Shown here: positions 38,676-52,355 of the stretch, in pieces
How positions within the stretch are numbered: position 1 is the first letter of the stretch
Layout: every line of letters starts with the position of its first letter
NCBI GenBank assembly: GCA_965235115.1
Contig: OZ249439.1
Location: 12,276,001 to 12,340,000 of the forward strand
DNA from: Laetmonice hystrix
Taxonomy: Eukaryota
Direction: 5' to 3'
DNA: 64,000 nucleotides
The notes under the pieces: generated by a model
What the model was told of the DNA's origin: nothing
The model's database searches: none
What the model saw: the letters and a program-made list of their open reading frames with translations, nothing else
Translations under genes and position numbers: made by a program

Positions 38676-41600
38676 CACCCACTCCGACAGATCTAGACCT
38701 CTTTCCGGCTCGTTTAGCTAATCAGATCGTGCTGCACAGACGACTAAGTTATCCTGCGTGTCTTCCGCCGTTTTGGCGAGCTTTAAAAAAAATTCCACGA
38801 GTTGTCAAGATCTTGGCGACGTTTGCTGAACAACCTTCTACTTGTGTTCATTGGGCCGTTTGAAAATTTCAATTTCTTCCTTGTCCGTGCCTGGACGAAA
38901 CTATTCTTGGCTTGGTGCCGATGAAATAGTCAAATTTGTCCCACATCACTAAATGAACTCCAAGGGTCGGTTCTTCCCATCAGACATTTCTCCCGACTCT
39001 GCCATCCCACCTTCTTATTATTCCTGAGGCAAGTGAACTTTCTAATCTTATTACCATTCGGACGGCAAGGTACAAAACCTCATTGCACTATTTCCGCGAC
39101 AAGTATAGTTGAATAAAAACCAACTTATTTCCACTGCCATGCAGGCAACTGTTTTATCTTATATAAGCGGAACGAATCTAACTTCACCCTAACTTAGCCT
39201 ACACTTCTTTGATGCGAAACATTCTAGGATGATATTCTAGCCCATCTACAATGAGTTGAGACGATACAGTCTTAGTTAAATAATCCTCTTCGCTGGAGTG
39301 CGTCTGTGAAAAACTGACCCTCAAAGCTGACTGCCTCATAGTGCTTGGGCTTATGACAGGACGGAAGAATGCCACCAGGTTTTTTTTAATATGACTCTGT
39401 GAAATGGCAGATAATTAATGCTTGTGAAGGCATGAAGAGTGTAGTAAAACTTCATACCGTCCCAGTTTTTCAATGCCTCGTTCGAAGCCTGTAGTTTGTA
39501 GCGTAGTCGACTGAAAGTGGGTGTGGGTGTTGTTGTTGTTGTTGGGGGGGGGGGGGGGGGTTGATATGCACTGACGTGTTACAACCATGGGTGAAGGGGA
39601 TTCAAAATAATGAATACTAAAGTATGTACAAATATTAAGGCTTTATTCATGTCCATTTGAATTAATTTACAATACTCACAATCAACCGCTGATCAAAGCC
39701 TTTTCTTAAGATCACATAATTCGTACTTACATATCGAACATAAAATGCACTATGTACATTGTAACCGAACCATCGAGTCCAGCTTATGTTAAGATTAGAG
39801 AGCTGCAGATGACGTCATTGTCCTTTCCCAGCTCTGAAAGTCTTCATTCATAGCGTTATTACCAACCTGACAGAGGTATCTCTCTGGGGACATTTTCTCC
39901 TCAATGGTAGCAATACATGTGTATTATATAAGTTTACCTACAAAACATGGCTATTTCAAAGCGACATGTCCATCAGTCAGTCCGCTGTCCTCATTTACGT
40001 GCAGTGGAGAGGCTTGATAAAACCATGCATGCAGGAATATATATGCCTGACAATTTGATAAAATATACAACTTGCACATCACACATGACATTCTCTGTAC
40101 AAATATACATACCGAGGCATATAGAACCAGTCGTGGCAGTGACCCATGTACCACCCATCGAGGAGATGCATTCATTCACTCATTCATGTCCTCATCAGGA
40201 TTACACCTTACTCTATCTGAATGAGTCCGGGACGACAGGCTTACCGAAAGAATCCAGAAACAATGTACTATTGCAAACTTGTTCAAACGTCTGACACGTT
40301 TACGTAAGGAAACATTGGGGTCGACCATTGTGACACAGGAGGATGTCAAACGTGTCCCAAGTTGTATATAAACGATGAGAAACAGTTCACCTCCCACTGA
40401 CAATGCTCCACCACAAGGATTCTCAAGGCCAGCAGTTCCTCGTGTCTAATTTGTCAATGGAACATGAAAGATGGCTGTTATCGATCGAGGGAAGCACCGC
40501 TGTACTCTGGTTCTCCTATAATCCTTTGATAACGGGATAACGAAACAACAGATTATGCCAATCAATTTCCCCTGTTGGACTCCCATTTCATCCTTCACTT
40601 GGTCTTCCCCCGGCGGGACCTGATGGACCAGTAGGACGCTGGTGCCCTGCAAGGACACCTGAGACGTTCCCGATACCATTCCCTGCGTCTCCTTTCTGCG
40701 CGTCTCTCACAGATGGGAGGTAATCTATAGCGTTTATATCGCAAACCATCGTAACATCAAACGCCTCCCCACCGCTACTTTCGTCGTGTCCATGTTGAGA
40801 CATGAGAGCCGCGCTACTTAAGAATGTTCCGATGTCTGTCGATGCCACTTCTCCTTGTTAATGCTTGGTTTGATAACGACGCCGAAATCGCACCAATCTC
40901 TCATGTTCAGCTTCCTTCTTCCGGTTCTGAGGGCGTTCTCCAGAACGCTTTGAAGCCCTGCTGCAGCCAGAACTGAGGGCTGTGTCTGACGTCATAATGT
41001 CAAGGGTCAGGGATACCTTATCGTCTTATCAGTATTACTGCTTTGATGTAGACGCTCTCTTCTTTTGGTAGTTCGCCATTATACCATGCACATACTTCTT
41101 ATCAATTGTTATCAGTCGTGTCGCCATAATGACCTTTCCACTCCCCATCTTCCGATTGGACCAAAATCTCGATCCTTCTCTCTCAGACACGACCTGGCAC
41201 AATAGGTTATTCTTGGGATGTTCCAGACAATTTCCGATAAGGCTTTTTTGTCTTAATACGACAACAGCTAAATCATCGACATAAAATTGACTTTTCACAT
41301 AAAAATAGACTTAAAGGAGTTTTTAAAATGAAACTTAAACATAACCTTCGAAAGCACCCCCAAATATTTCATAAACTGAAATTCCTAGCCATTTCCGTTG
41401 AAGCTTAAAGGAAGAATGTTTCAAGGGGAATGAATCGGCACCTTTCAATGAAAGTGTCAAGTTAAATATAATAAGGACAAAGAGGTAACAGTAGTTCCCA
41501 TCGATCCTTACGGCGTCACCTTTTTGCTCCCTTGCCTGTTAGATGAATCGAACGTTGTCATGCAGGTGCTAATTTTCTGAAATATGGATTATTATTGCTG

Positions 41601-43744
41601 TGGAAGGTGCTAATACAGAATAGATCCCTGACAACGGGCAGAACAGTTGTCATGCGCTTAGGGTCCTACAGATTACCTTCCACTCTGTGATGCATTATGG
41701 GATACACCATCAAACAGAACTGTGGCTGTAGGACGTCAGGCTTGTGATAAAAACAGAACTACATCTTTGACTAATGCTTCAAGTATCAAGTTTCCTATGG
41801 TGCACCTCGGCAGTACTTTCACATCTGTTATCATGGGACTTCCCGGGGGCAATGCCCCCACACAAACAAAAACATTTTGTCCTATCGGCAGTTCACCGGC
41901 TGCGAACTGAAGTGATGGGTTTAAAACAGTGTGGTAGCTCCAATTACTGTATGAAGTTGTGGTGTAATGGGGCGGCAGACGAAGACGACCAGACCATCCC
42001 ACTGAGAACACAAAGTCGGCAAGATCAGTCCTGGGCACCCAGACATGAGGAAGCTTGATCATGGAGGAAAAATCATAACTAATTCTCCTGATGGTCACAT
42101 ATCGACTGTCTAATCACAGTAGTGTTACCACTTAAATCAGTAACTTTACCAGGAACAATGCTTGATGCCACTGATTGACTACTACTGAATGCGCAGCTAC
42201 TGTTATAAATAATATGCCATGTGTTTACATCACCAAACCGCCTTGTCTCTATTCTGCCTCTAAAAACATGTATCACATTAAACGCAGCAGCCTCACTCGG
42301 GACATATAAAACCAGATTCACACGTATTCTACCATTCAGAAATAAATAAAAGGAAAATTAAAATGGTGAATCAGTACCAAAAACCGCTTGCAAAATGTAC
42401 CATTTCTTCTGCATTTCTCAGTGGCAGACTGACTTGGCCTAATCATAGCAGAAGGAAAGATTTTACCACCGCCTTCTGATGTAACTGGAGTTGAATGCCA
42501 GGCAAATTAGAGTAATGCTAGTGTGGCTGGAAGTCGATGTTTGTGGTAATCTCCCAAGGCTTAACCTTTCCACGTGACCCTTCCACCTTGTAATAACGGC
42601 TGACCTGATCCACCGCCGGCGCACATTAACACCCTACCTACACCCGTCCCCGTGTGCAGGGATCACTTGGCCATAAATATTTGATCCCGCCTCAGGTGAA
42701 CACACCACAATCACTGCTGAACATGCCACAGGTGCGCTGGACCTTCGTTAACGTGCGCACCACACCACGCCACTAATTCGACAATAAACTTTCGGTTTCA
42801 TCATGTAGATTTGGGATGACACGGAGGTGAACTTGTAGCAGATCTCATATTGCAGTGTGTCTTGGTGTGCTAAGAACTAGGTATGAATGTTATCTGATCC
42901 ATGTGGAGCTGTCAGAAAGATAGAGATGTTTGACATTCACACTCCACCACAAAACACCATTCTCCACGTTTGGGGAGAATCTAAGGAAATATCACTTTTG
43001 GCGTATGGAATTTCGCATAGTTTAACACTGCACAAGATGTTTTAGAAAGTATTTTGCCATTTGGAAATTAACATTCATGGTATTATTTACTGATAGACGG
43101 GGAAACACAAAGCTGTTTTTGTTGATGCTACAGGCTCGGCGATTCATTAGGTGGAGTGCTTTCTGTTTGCCACTTGGGACCCCGATAAACCACTTGGGCC
43201 CGCTGTACATGTCACCCAAGTGCTCCGCTCGGTAATCGTTTGCTATCAGTCTGTCGTTTCTACTGCTCACACACACTACATCCTAACTGTACACATAAAT
43301 ACAGGTGCCATCGCATACAACTACTTGCATTACTCGGCATAACTTAACTGTGACAGAGCTAGAGAAGCTAAATAAATTAAGAACTTTGTACAGAGGTAGA
43401 GCAGTCAACTAGGCCTGCAACGGTGCATAGATACTTACATACTGTACTCGAAAGCGAAATGGACACAAAATTGCACTTTCTTTTTTCTTAAAAAGCTTTC
43501 ACACACATTCAAGTTTTGCTCATTATTCAGACTTGAGAATGGGTAAAATAACAGATGAAATATGGCGCTTTGATTGTATGAGCGTACATATCGACTATTG
43601 CACAGGTTATCATTTCACATTTCTCGTGTGTGCAATCCCTGAGATCACATTCTACAACAAAGAGGCACAATAATAGAAGACACCATCTTGTAGCCTACAA
43701 CTTTTGGCCATCTCTCTCTCTCCCTCCAGTCCACCATTCAGCAC

Positions 43745-44364
43745 TTACACCACCAAGTCTCTGAAGAACAGCTCATCGATCTCCTCACACAAGTCATTGG
43801 GATCGACGACGTAACTGCCTGACGTCGTCGTCGACTCCACGTCGTCAGGAATGGGTTCAAGGATGTGCCTGACGTGTGACGACCCCGGGCCCCCATGCAG
43901 TGCCTCACTCATGTCAGCACATGAGTAGAGCATCCCTCCCTCGTCGTCAGACACCTCCGTGCCCTCCGACTCGTTGTCACTGTGGTAGCCATGCCGGGGG
44001 TGACCATTGTAATATTTCCGCATGTAATTGGCACCAATCTGACTTTGCGGGGTGACAAGTTTCGGGAAGTGATCTCCACTACTAAAACCACGTAGCCTTC
44101 CCTTCTGTGGCATGCCGGCCGTGTCACCCGTACACGTTTCACTAGTTGATGGATCCGTCTTTTTCAGGAAGTCATTCGATGGGGACGTACTCGTGCTGTA
44201 GTTAGGAGCAAACGTGCGCATAGATGTCGGTTGACTTGAATAGCTGTAGTTGCTTCCCGTGAAGCTCTGGCACGGCAGGTTCGGCACAACCTGCACGCTG
44301 CTGTTGAAGCTGTTGTCAGCCTGTATGGAGTTGCCACGCTGACTAGGAGCCTGGTGCGACACCC
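43745..44364 (-). CDS. Pcdh: Protocadherin-like gene B, terminal coding exon with conserved STTTSGSY..EIDELFFRDLVV C-terminus
   Basis: Acceptor tcccttctgtctccAG|GG. Phase 1 joins exon 62101-61960 in frame (G+GG = Gly) across a 17.6-kb intron. About 206 open codons to TAA at 43747-43745. The C-terminal block matches my recollection of mollusc/annelid protocadherin termini (TTTSGSYxxDxxxLCxEIxxLFFxDxxV). Confidence 0.9.
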
Positions 44365-47300
44365 CTGGAGACAGAAGGGATATAGGTAAGGTAAGATAAC
44401 GCCAACTGAGGCCTTCTCAATCAAAAAGACAATAATAATACATTACAGAGTTGATTTCAATGTCCCACTGTCTTCCACCCCAACCCCGGAACTGCAATAA
44501 ACCCATATAATAATAACTATTGGCATGGTCATTATTCCTTCAAAGAGAAATAAGACAATATCATCCATTTCACCTCCAACCAGAAAGCGCTCTAGATAGA
44601 TATCAATTATTGCAACAGTTATACATTCATGCTAACCTGTTTTTTACTTGACATACAACTTGTTTCGATCTTCAGGGAACAATAGCGGACGAGATAAGGA
44701 TGGTATTGTTAATCGCGTGTCACCGTCACAGAGTGAACCTTCCTTTGACTCAACATCTTCATCCTCTTCGATCTCTTTGATTTGTCGACTAAGCTCAATT
44801 TGAAATCGTAGATCAGGCCCTAGAGAATACATCGTGCGTCACAATACGTGATTCCGTGACCCTTAATCTATCTCACCAAGTAAGTCAGCCAATCACCTGC
44901 CCTCAAGCATCCTTCAGTGCTGTAAGCCGGTAATCCTTGCATGTGGGTTGCTGGCTGCACAAAAACCATCTTATGGAGTACCTAACTGGAGGCAGCAGCT
45001 CGTTTTTTGCTCCTGCTCGACAGTTTTATCAGTGAAATTTGACGTCCTGCCATTATTCATATTTGCCAGCCAAGTAATTCATAAATTTTTAAGTAGGTGA
45101 CGAATTCATAAGTCTTCATTACTGGGTCTGCCCTTGCACTGTCTGATGGAGAGAATATGGCAGCATGGGAGCCTGATGGTACGGAGGGGAATTACTCCGG
45201 TCGATTGCAGACCTTGGCCCGACCAGCATCGTGGCACCTGATATACTCGTACGTATTACAAGATCTAGCGGCTCACTTGGCACTACCAAATCACCAACAA
45301 CAGCTACTGCAGTACAAAGGGCACATTTTGTTAATACTCCTCTTTATTGATGAATACCAGATGGATTAATTCCAGGGGAAATAATTTACGTATTCTAATG
45401 TATCCATTACCTAGCATTGTTTAGGATATATCCAATTCGCGATCATTTTTCCAAACGCAAAAATAATACAAGTGTCGAAAAGAATTAAGTAAAGACTATA
45501 AATCTTTTACTGACTAATTGTAATAATGTTGTAAGGAAATCTAACCCTGATATCTACACGAAAGACGGCCTCATCTCCATGATGGATAACTTCCCAAATA
45601 CTTAATTACGCCCAATAAATCTTGATTCTTTTCCATATATTATTACTATCCTATCCAATATTAAAGTTAATATATGACAATGTCTAATTTTTCGACAATA
45701 TTTAATATATTTTCTAACGGATCTATAAAGCCTAGATGGTTTGGCTTTGTTATACGAGATGCCATGTCGGGTAGCCAGGGTTAAGTTTTCCATCATTCTC
45801 AATAATAGTATTCATCAATATATTTTAGTACATCAGAAGCTCGTTTTGTGGAGTACCAAAAAAACCCATGTATCTCATTTTAGCATAGTTCTTACTTTTT
45901 AGCATTGTCTCAATCTGTGTGTTAATAAAAGACTTCATCTGTATACTTAGATTGATTCTGCAGCAATTACTCTAATTTCAGCCAGTTAAAGCATTTAATA
46001 TTTAATACAGGTGCTGTGAATGCAGACACACAGTAAATCAATACTAATGGCCACTCATTCAGTGTGTTCCATGGACAGAAGAATGTCGGCGTTAACTAAG
46101 CATTGTTTGAATCTCGCTCGGTGGAATGTTGGTCAGAAAAATTGAATATAGTTAGGACGACTGCTGTATGTCAATACAACTATTCTCTTCAGCCTCAATC
46201 TCATAATAATTACATGATTTTCAACGCAACCTATCTATTTGATAGCATACTTTATGATGTGAATGGTCGGTCAGGGTATGGCCCCGTTACGGAGTGTATG
46301 TAAAGGTCATTCAACCTGATTTAACTGTCGCTCGAATCGGTTATCACCTGCGATCACCCCTGAGGATCTAGTTAAATAACTGACATACACACAAGCGGGA
46401 AGAGAGTGTGAAAGTGTTGCTATTAAAATTGTCTAGAATTTGGGGGAAATGTGGGGTAATTTTGTGGGGAAAACTCTGAGCGTGGAATATCTGCGTGTAA
46501 TGGCACCAGTACGTAGAGAGCCAGTGTTATCATCCCCGCTACCGTAGGCCTGTCTACGTATCCTCACCACACCAGTCCACTTCCCTTACGGCCCCCTTAC
46601 CTCCCCCAGGACCCGGGAACAGTCCTCGGCCGGTCAAGTCGTAGCCCGTCTGGGTCCACTCTCTCGCAGCTCTTAACCGCCGCCGTAATGTCCCCATTCC
46701 GGATATATTATATAATATATATAATATGCTCGTGGATGATTTATAACAATATCAAAATATTCCAGGCTTTCGCAATGACTGGAGGTTGCTACTGTTATCC
46801 CATGGAAACATTGTGGCTATATAACCGTACAAGTCTTTTATTGATCGGCCAAGAAATGCAATTCACTGAAGTATTCCGACATCATCTTGGTCGAAGGACA
46901 TCAGCACGACATTGCATGGACTGCTCATTGTAGCCTCCACCGAGATAAGGACAAAAACATCACTTTACAACGACTTCGGATGGCACATTATATTTACTCG
47001 ACTAAATCCCGGCCAGCTCATCAAGCAGTCAATCCCATCCTAGGATCTGCAAGGCTGTTTCTAAAAAAACTACAATGATGAGCAATCTGGGACCAAATTT
47101 CTAACCAACCCAAGAACTCCAAACAACTATATAATATTTTGAAATAAATGGAACAATTGCATTCAACCAATAACTTTTGACCTGCGTAGACCACAATCAT
47201 CCCTTGATGCTTTAAGTCTCCAAATGTAACTGGTTAGATTATCCTGAACCATCTCATCAGTAATTCCTTTATCCTTCTACTGGAAAGGAGTTAGCCCCAT

Positions 47301-50300
47301 CTGTGAAGCACTGTCAATCATTGTCCTAACGAATCAAGTCAAAATTAAAATCTGCACTTGCAAATATCGAGTGCGATCAGAATACTCTTGTTTAATACGT
47401 ACGATAGCACTAGAAAATTTTCCAAAGAACCACTCACTCGCTGTAAAATCTCTCAAGTTTGAAATTATAATGAGGGAAAATGGGAGACTGTCATCTATTG
47501 CAGTCTTTCAAGTGCCTCTGTGCAGTGGTATTTGTTGAAAGAATCACATGATAATTTTTTTTATTAGTAAGAACGACACAGGCAACTTACACGGCTTCGA
47601 AATCACGCCGAGTGTTTGCGTCACTTCTTGGAAGTATTGAATTAGACTTGGAATCTTGTTGATGAAAACTGGAGATTACTAATGGCCGTTCGCCCACACG
47701 CCCCCAAGTAATGAGACAGCAATAGAAGCTATTCAGATGTCCTTATCAAAATATCTATTTGTTCGAGCTATTTGTATTGTAGTGTACTGGATTATATTGT
47801 TATTAGAATTTTAAATTTTGCTATGGTCAGCATGGTAAGCTGGAGCCAATACCAATATCTATTACTGGTGGTGTAATATATCATTCGTGGCAATGGCACC
47901 TGAAGTTTGTTGGAGAACAAGTTTATTGCGGTAGTCAAGTAGAAAGCGAGGGAATGCCATTGGACATGAGGCTACAGTGGCTGTTATGGACATTGGCCAC
48001 AGACAGATACACCAGGACAATGATAAGGCTATGATGGAGGGAGATGAAGATCAAACGTTGCTGCCGTCTGACTGCACCATCTCATCCACCTTGCCCTGCG
48101 CCATCACAGTGGCGGGCGCAGACTGGGCAGACAGAAGATGGAGCAGGTTCACGACCTTCTCCACAACCTGATCTGCTCGCCCAGCTTAAAGAGAGCACGA
48201 TATACGAGTGGCTTCCACGGCTGGACCTTAACGAGCTGCAGATAATGCTTCAATGAGCAGCCGGCTACCAAACTATGCTGCTAAGCTCCCTCTACATTTA
48301 TATTCATTCCAAGGCAGGCCTACCTGGTTTCCAACGGGCCCAACATGCAATGAGGGTTTCAGTCATGCAAGTCCCAGGCAGGGACCGTCTAGACTAGGCC
48401 ACCCTCGTGCTGTGGCCACAGGGCAGGCCACACTTATCGGACCGCCTACATACAGGCTAGCACGGCTGCAGGTGGGCCGTGGTAACATGTACCATTTGTC
48501 ACAATCTACTCATACTGGAGAGATCCAAGGCCCATACCCAGCTGGTAAATGGATATGGAACAGGACATTTTACTCATTGTCCAAGGCTGTCTGCAGACTA
48601 TTGCTAGTTTGTTTCTGGCCAACAGGTCATTATATGCAGGACTGAGGACAGTGCCTATAATAAACGGTTGTCAACCGAGACCCATGTGACTGTTAATCAA
48701 CAGATTTGATCAGTCCTTTCCTTCAGTGGAGGTGAATGAGAAAAATGTCACTGTAATCTCACGAGGAACTGCAGACATGAGCAGAATAAGGAAGCGGGAT
48801 TGGCTTTAGATTTGAGCTATTACCGCATTCATGGGAGCATCCATCTGTTCTGGGATATTAAGGACTTGGGTCAGCCAGAACGCCCTAATGGTCGGTCGGC
48901 ACTACTAACATCCAACTGTTCCTTGGGAATGTAAAACGCCACTTAAAAGGGAGACGAAATGTCGAGGTATGCGGGATGTTTGGCTGGTTCCTATGTCCTC
49001 TGATTATCTGGTTACCACTTTAATGAGGGTCCGTAAAGAGATGCCACCATAACGGCCCACCTGTGAGGGAAAACCGAGAATCCTATTAGCATCATGGGGT
49101 TTGCTGACATATCCCGAGTTTGGCCGCCAAGGGCCCCGTAGGGCGCGTTAAGGACCGGGCTGGGGCAGTTGGGGCCAGTCAACCGAGATGACAGTTGGCC
49201 CCGCAGAGAGGCTGGGCGCCCCGCCTGACATGTCGCTGACACATTGCTGAAACTGGGCTGACACAGCGTCCAGCATCAGCTGACCAGGGACAATCGACTG
49301 TCACTGACCCGGTCACTATCTCACAGGTTGTCTAAGCTCGGGCCAGCCAACCCTCCATTTACCTGAAAGGAGTGTGTCAACGGGAACAATTCACGCCCAC
49401 GGCCGGAGAATTCATGGATGAAACCTAAGCCAGCAGTCCTGAAACAGGATCATTGCAACATCAACTACCGGCTTTGTGGGCAGAATTAGCTGCACACCTG
49501 TCCCCCGGGCACGGACCACCGCCACTACCCCCATTAATCATACTTAATTAAGTAATTTTTAACACCGACTGAATGATTTGACCTTTGATGAGAGTCAGCT
49601 GGCCGGATTGAACACTTTTTGACGGGTTTGATTCACTGTTCTATGTAAATCTGTAGCCGGCGGGCTCTTAAACTTGAGCCTGTGGATGAACTCTGAAATT
49701 TGCTAGATTAACTTGGTTGTTTGTTATCTCTGGCGGGTCACACGTACTGGGGCCTTGAGGGAGGCCTGCGGGATTATCACACAAATCCCCCCCTCAGTTT
49801 CCATGCGTTTTATCTGTCCGTTCAGAATAAAACTTTGGGTGACAGCTGGTGAGGTTTGCGGTAGAATCGTCCGGCAGGGACAGAGTGCCATGTCGTGGCA
49901 CCATTTATATTCCTGTCATTCATTAAGTGTTGTTCCTGGGAAACATTTCCTGGCGGACATTTCCTGGTGGTTTCCTGGTTCACAGCGCTCTCCCAACTAA
50001 TGTAGCACCATAACTACACACCGACCACCAGACTCAAAGACGGCGCTCTTTGACGCCGTCTGAATTTCATTTAATCAACCACTTTACCTTAGAGTTAAAT
50101 TAACCAGGCTATAAAACCCTACGTCTAATAATCTACTGGTATAAAAATGCTGCTGTTTTTATGCCCCATAAAAGCCATAAATCTTCATTTATCAAAGGGA
50201 ACTTTTGAAGATACTGTTACATGCACTTTTCTTGATTCCATCCATCAATGGCGACGATGCGGCCTTGCTGTATATCATGACCTTAGTGGGATTGTATCCT

Positions 50301-51457
50301 ATATAAATAAGGCTTTAGGACATAATCTGTGTAATGAATTGGACACGGTGCCTTGGGCCCTACCTTTACGACTAGCCAATCAGGGCCATTAATCACCTAA
50401 CACCTTCGTGTCCGCCGCCCCATCAACATTTCTTACATGTCTTACAGTCAAAAACTTTTAACCAATTTCTCTTCATTTCCAGTTCCGGGACTGAAATATA
50501 CCTCGACTCTCAACAAACTCGTGTGATGTTATTCAGAGAGAGAAGGATATGGTCTGTAATAAACAGATATAATGATTTCATTGGTTTCGACTCTGTCCAA
50601 AGTAGGGTCAGACTGAGGCGGTAACAAGGCATTCGTGATATGTTTGTTGTTCGAAGGACAGTATATGTATTATCCTCGAGTTCATGAATACACTTGCCAC
50701 ATCGCTTCCAGCCGTGCTATATCATTACTATATTTATAAAGCACACAATGCCTTGCCCCAGGGATGTGGTTTGGGACGGCTGGTTTTTAACACTGACTCT
50801 CTGGGACTATTCCTGGCCGCCATGCTCCAGGCTGGTGGAGGCCCAGGGCCTGGCGCTTGCCGACATGGATTCAATTCCGTTTGAAGCGTCACATGTTAGC
50901 CAGGTTCACTATCGGGTCACTCCGACGGTCGACTGACCTGAGCAAATGGAGATAATTCTTCAGGATGCACCCTGGAAATTGAAAGGGACAGTATTCAACT
51001 GCCGACATTTCCTGATGGGCTGAGATGCAATTTATGCCATTGTTGGATGAAGTACCTAGATTGGCAAGGCCAATGTGAGCGCTCCGGTCGGCTTGTATTC
51101 AGGGTCAGGACAAACAAGCTTTAAAGCACTACACATGGTGCTCATTTCAGTCCAATCCCCATCAAGTCACCTCCACAAACAGACCGGCACTGAGACCCTG
51201 TATCTTACCAACAAAACGGCAAACACTGCCCGACACCAGAGGTCAGTGAGCAAGGCTGGCACACAATGGTCGGGGCTGGGTATCAGTTCCCGTCTGTCTG
51301 TAATCACAGGATCCTGCCCACACTGTCCACAGTCACTGACCACACAGATAGTTTCCTCAACTAACACTCAGGTTGAGACGCGGTTAAAGACACTTGGCCC
51401 TGTTGGCTGTCTTCCTCTCGTTCCAGTCAGATGCCTTGGCATTGTTGGGAAACCTGC

Positions 51458-51476
51458 TGCCACCAGAGGGGACAAC
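51458..51476 (+). promoter_or_regulatory. CTCF-like binding motif
   Basis: TGCCACCAGAGGGGAC, 1 mismatch, but at the normally invariant core C. Confidence 0.3.
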
Positions 51477-52355
51477 CGTCAACTTACAACCGATCTGTTC
51501 ATTGCCCAGAGGCAATTAATTGTTCATTTGCCATCCCTCCCCGACAGGCATCAGTGTGCTCATTAGCCAAATAAAGCCTGGCCGAATGTTCCTAATACAG
51601 CAAGACAACCGCTGCATTCTGATGACTCCCTGCTTGCTCATCTGTGATTGACAAACGGGGCACAGATTCGCTCAGATTTGGGCACTTTATCAACACCAAG
51701 CAGCCATGACTCTGCCATGACCTACGGGTCAACCGGTTCATTTCACAGACCACCCCCTTGTAAAGCCTCTGAAATTACGCAGTCACTGCTCCTATTCTCC
51801 TATCTTGGTGGCCGTAATAGATTCTGCTACTTACCACCGCGTTTTCCCATTGTAAATCTTTGCAAAATAATGCATTGCCCCGTTTTCGGCGAGTGAGCCT
51901 CTTGAAGCCAACTGAAGGTTTCCTTTGGGGCCTGGTGAAAGTGGGATTATGTTCTGGGTGGGCGCATCATTAATGTGTGCCGGCGGGCCGGGCGGGCGGC
52001 GCTAGGGTGACAGGTGTAACAGTCATTGTTGGCCTACTCACTATCATATATACAGGGGTGGCCACGTGGAAAATTGTGGGCACGTCGCTTACCAACCACA
52101 CACCTGCACTGGAGGCCACTTCAGATCAACATTACGGCCTTTTAACTATTATCCCTCTGATGGATTTACACGCGTAACCGCCAAAAGGTGGGGCGCTAAA
52201 AGCTACCTGGATTTCCTACACCATTAAGGCGTTTTAAAACATCAACATCACTAACATCAAAGCAGTAGTACAAAAGAGAGAAGTAATGTAAAAATCTGAG
52301 ACGTGGCCACTTCAGATAACATCAAGATATACACGGTGTTGTTCTTACAACACGT

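Noticed and set aside
41035-41298. FYVDDL resembling a reverse transcriptase YxDD motif
   Set aside because: It lies at the start of a short ORF with no other RT motifs; neighbouring frames are broken and unrecognisable.
51835-51931. Exon-like unit on the minus strand with good acceptor and GTAAGT donor
   Set aside because: 97 nt is not frame-preserving, and no partner exon in the right order restores the phase. The nearby 51209-51300 candidate (phase 1 to 0) has the same problem.
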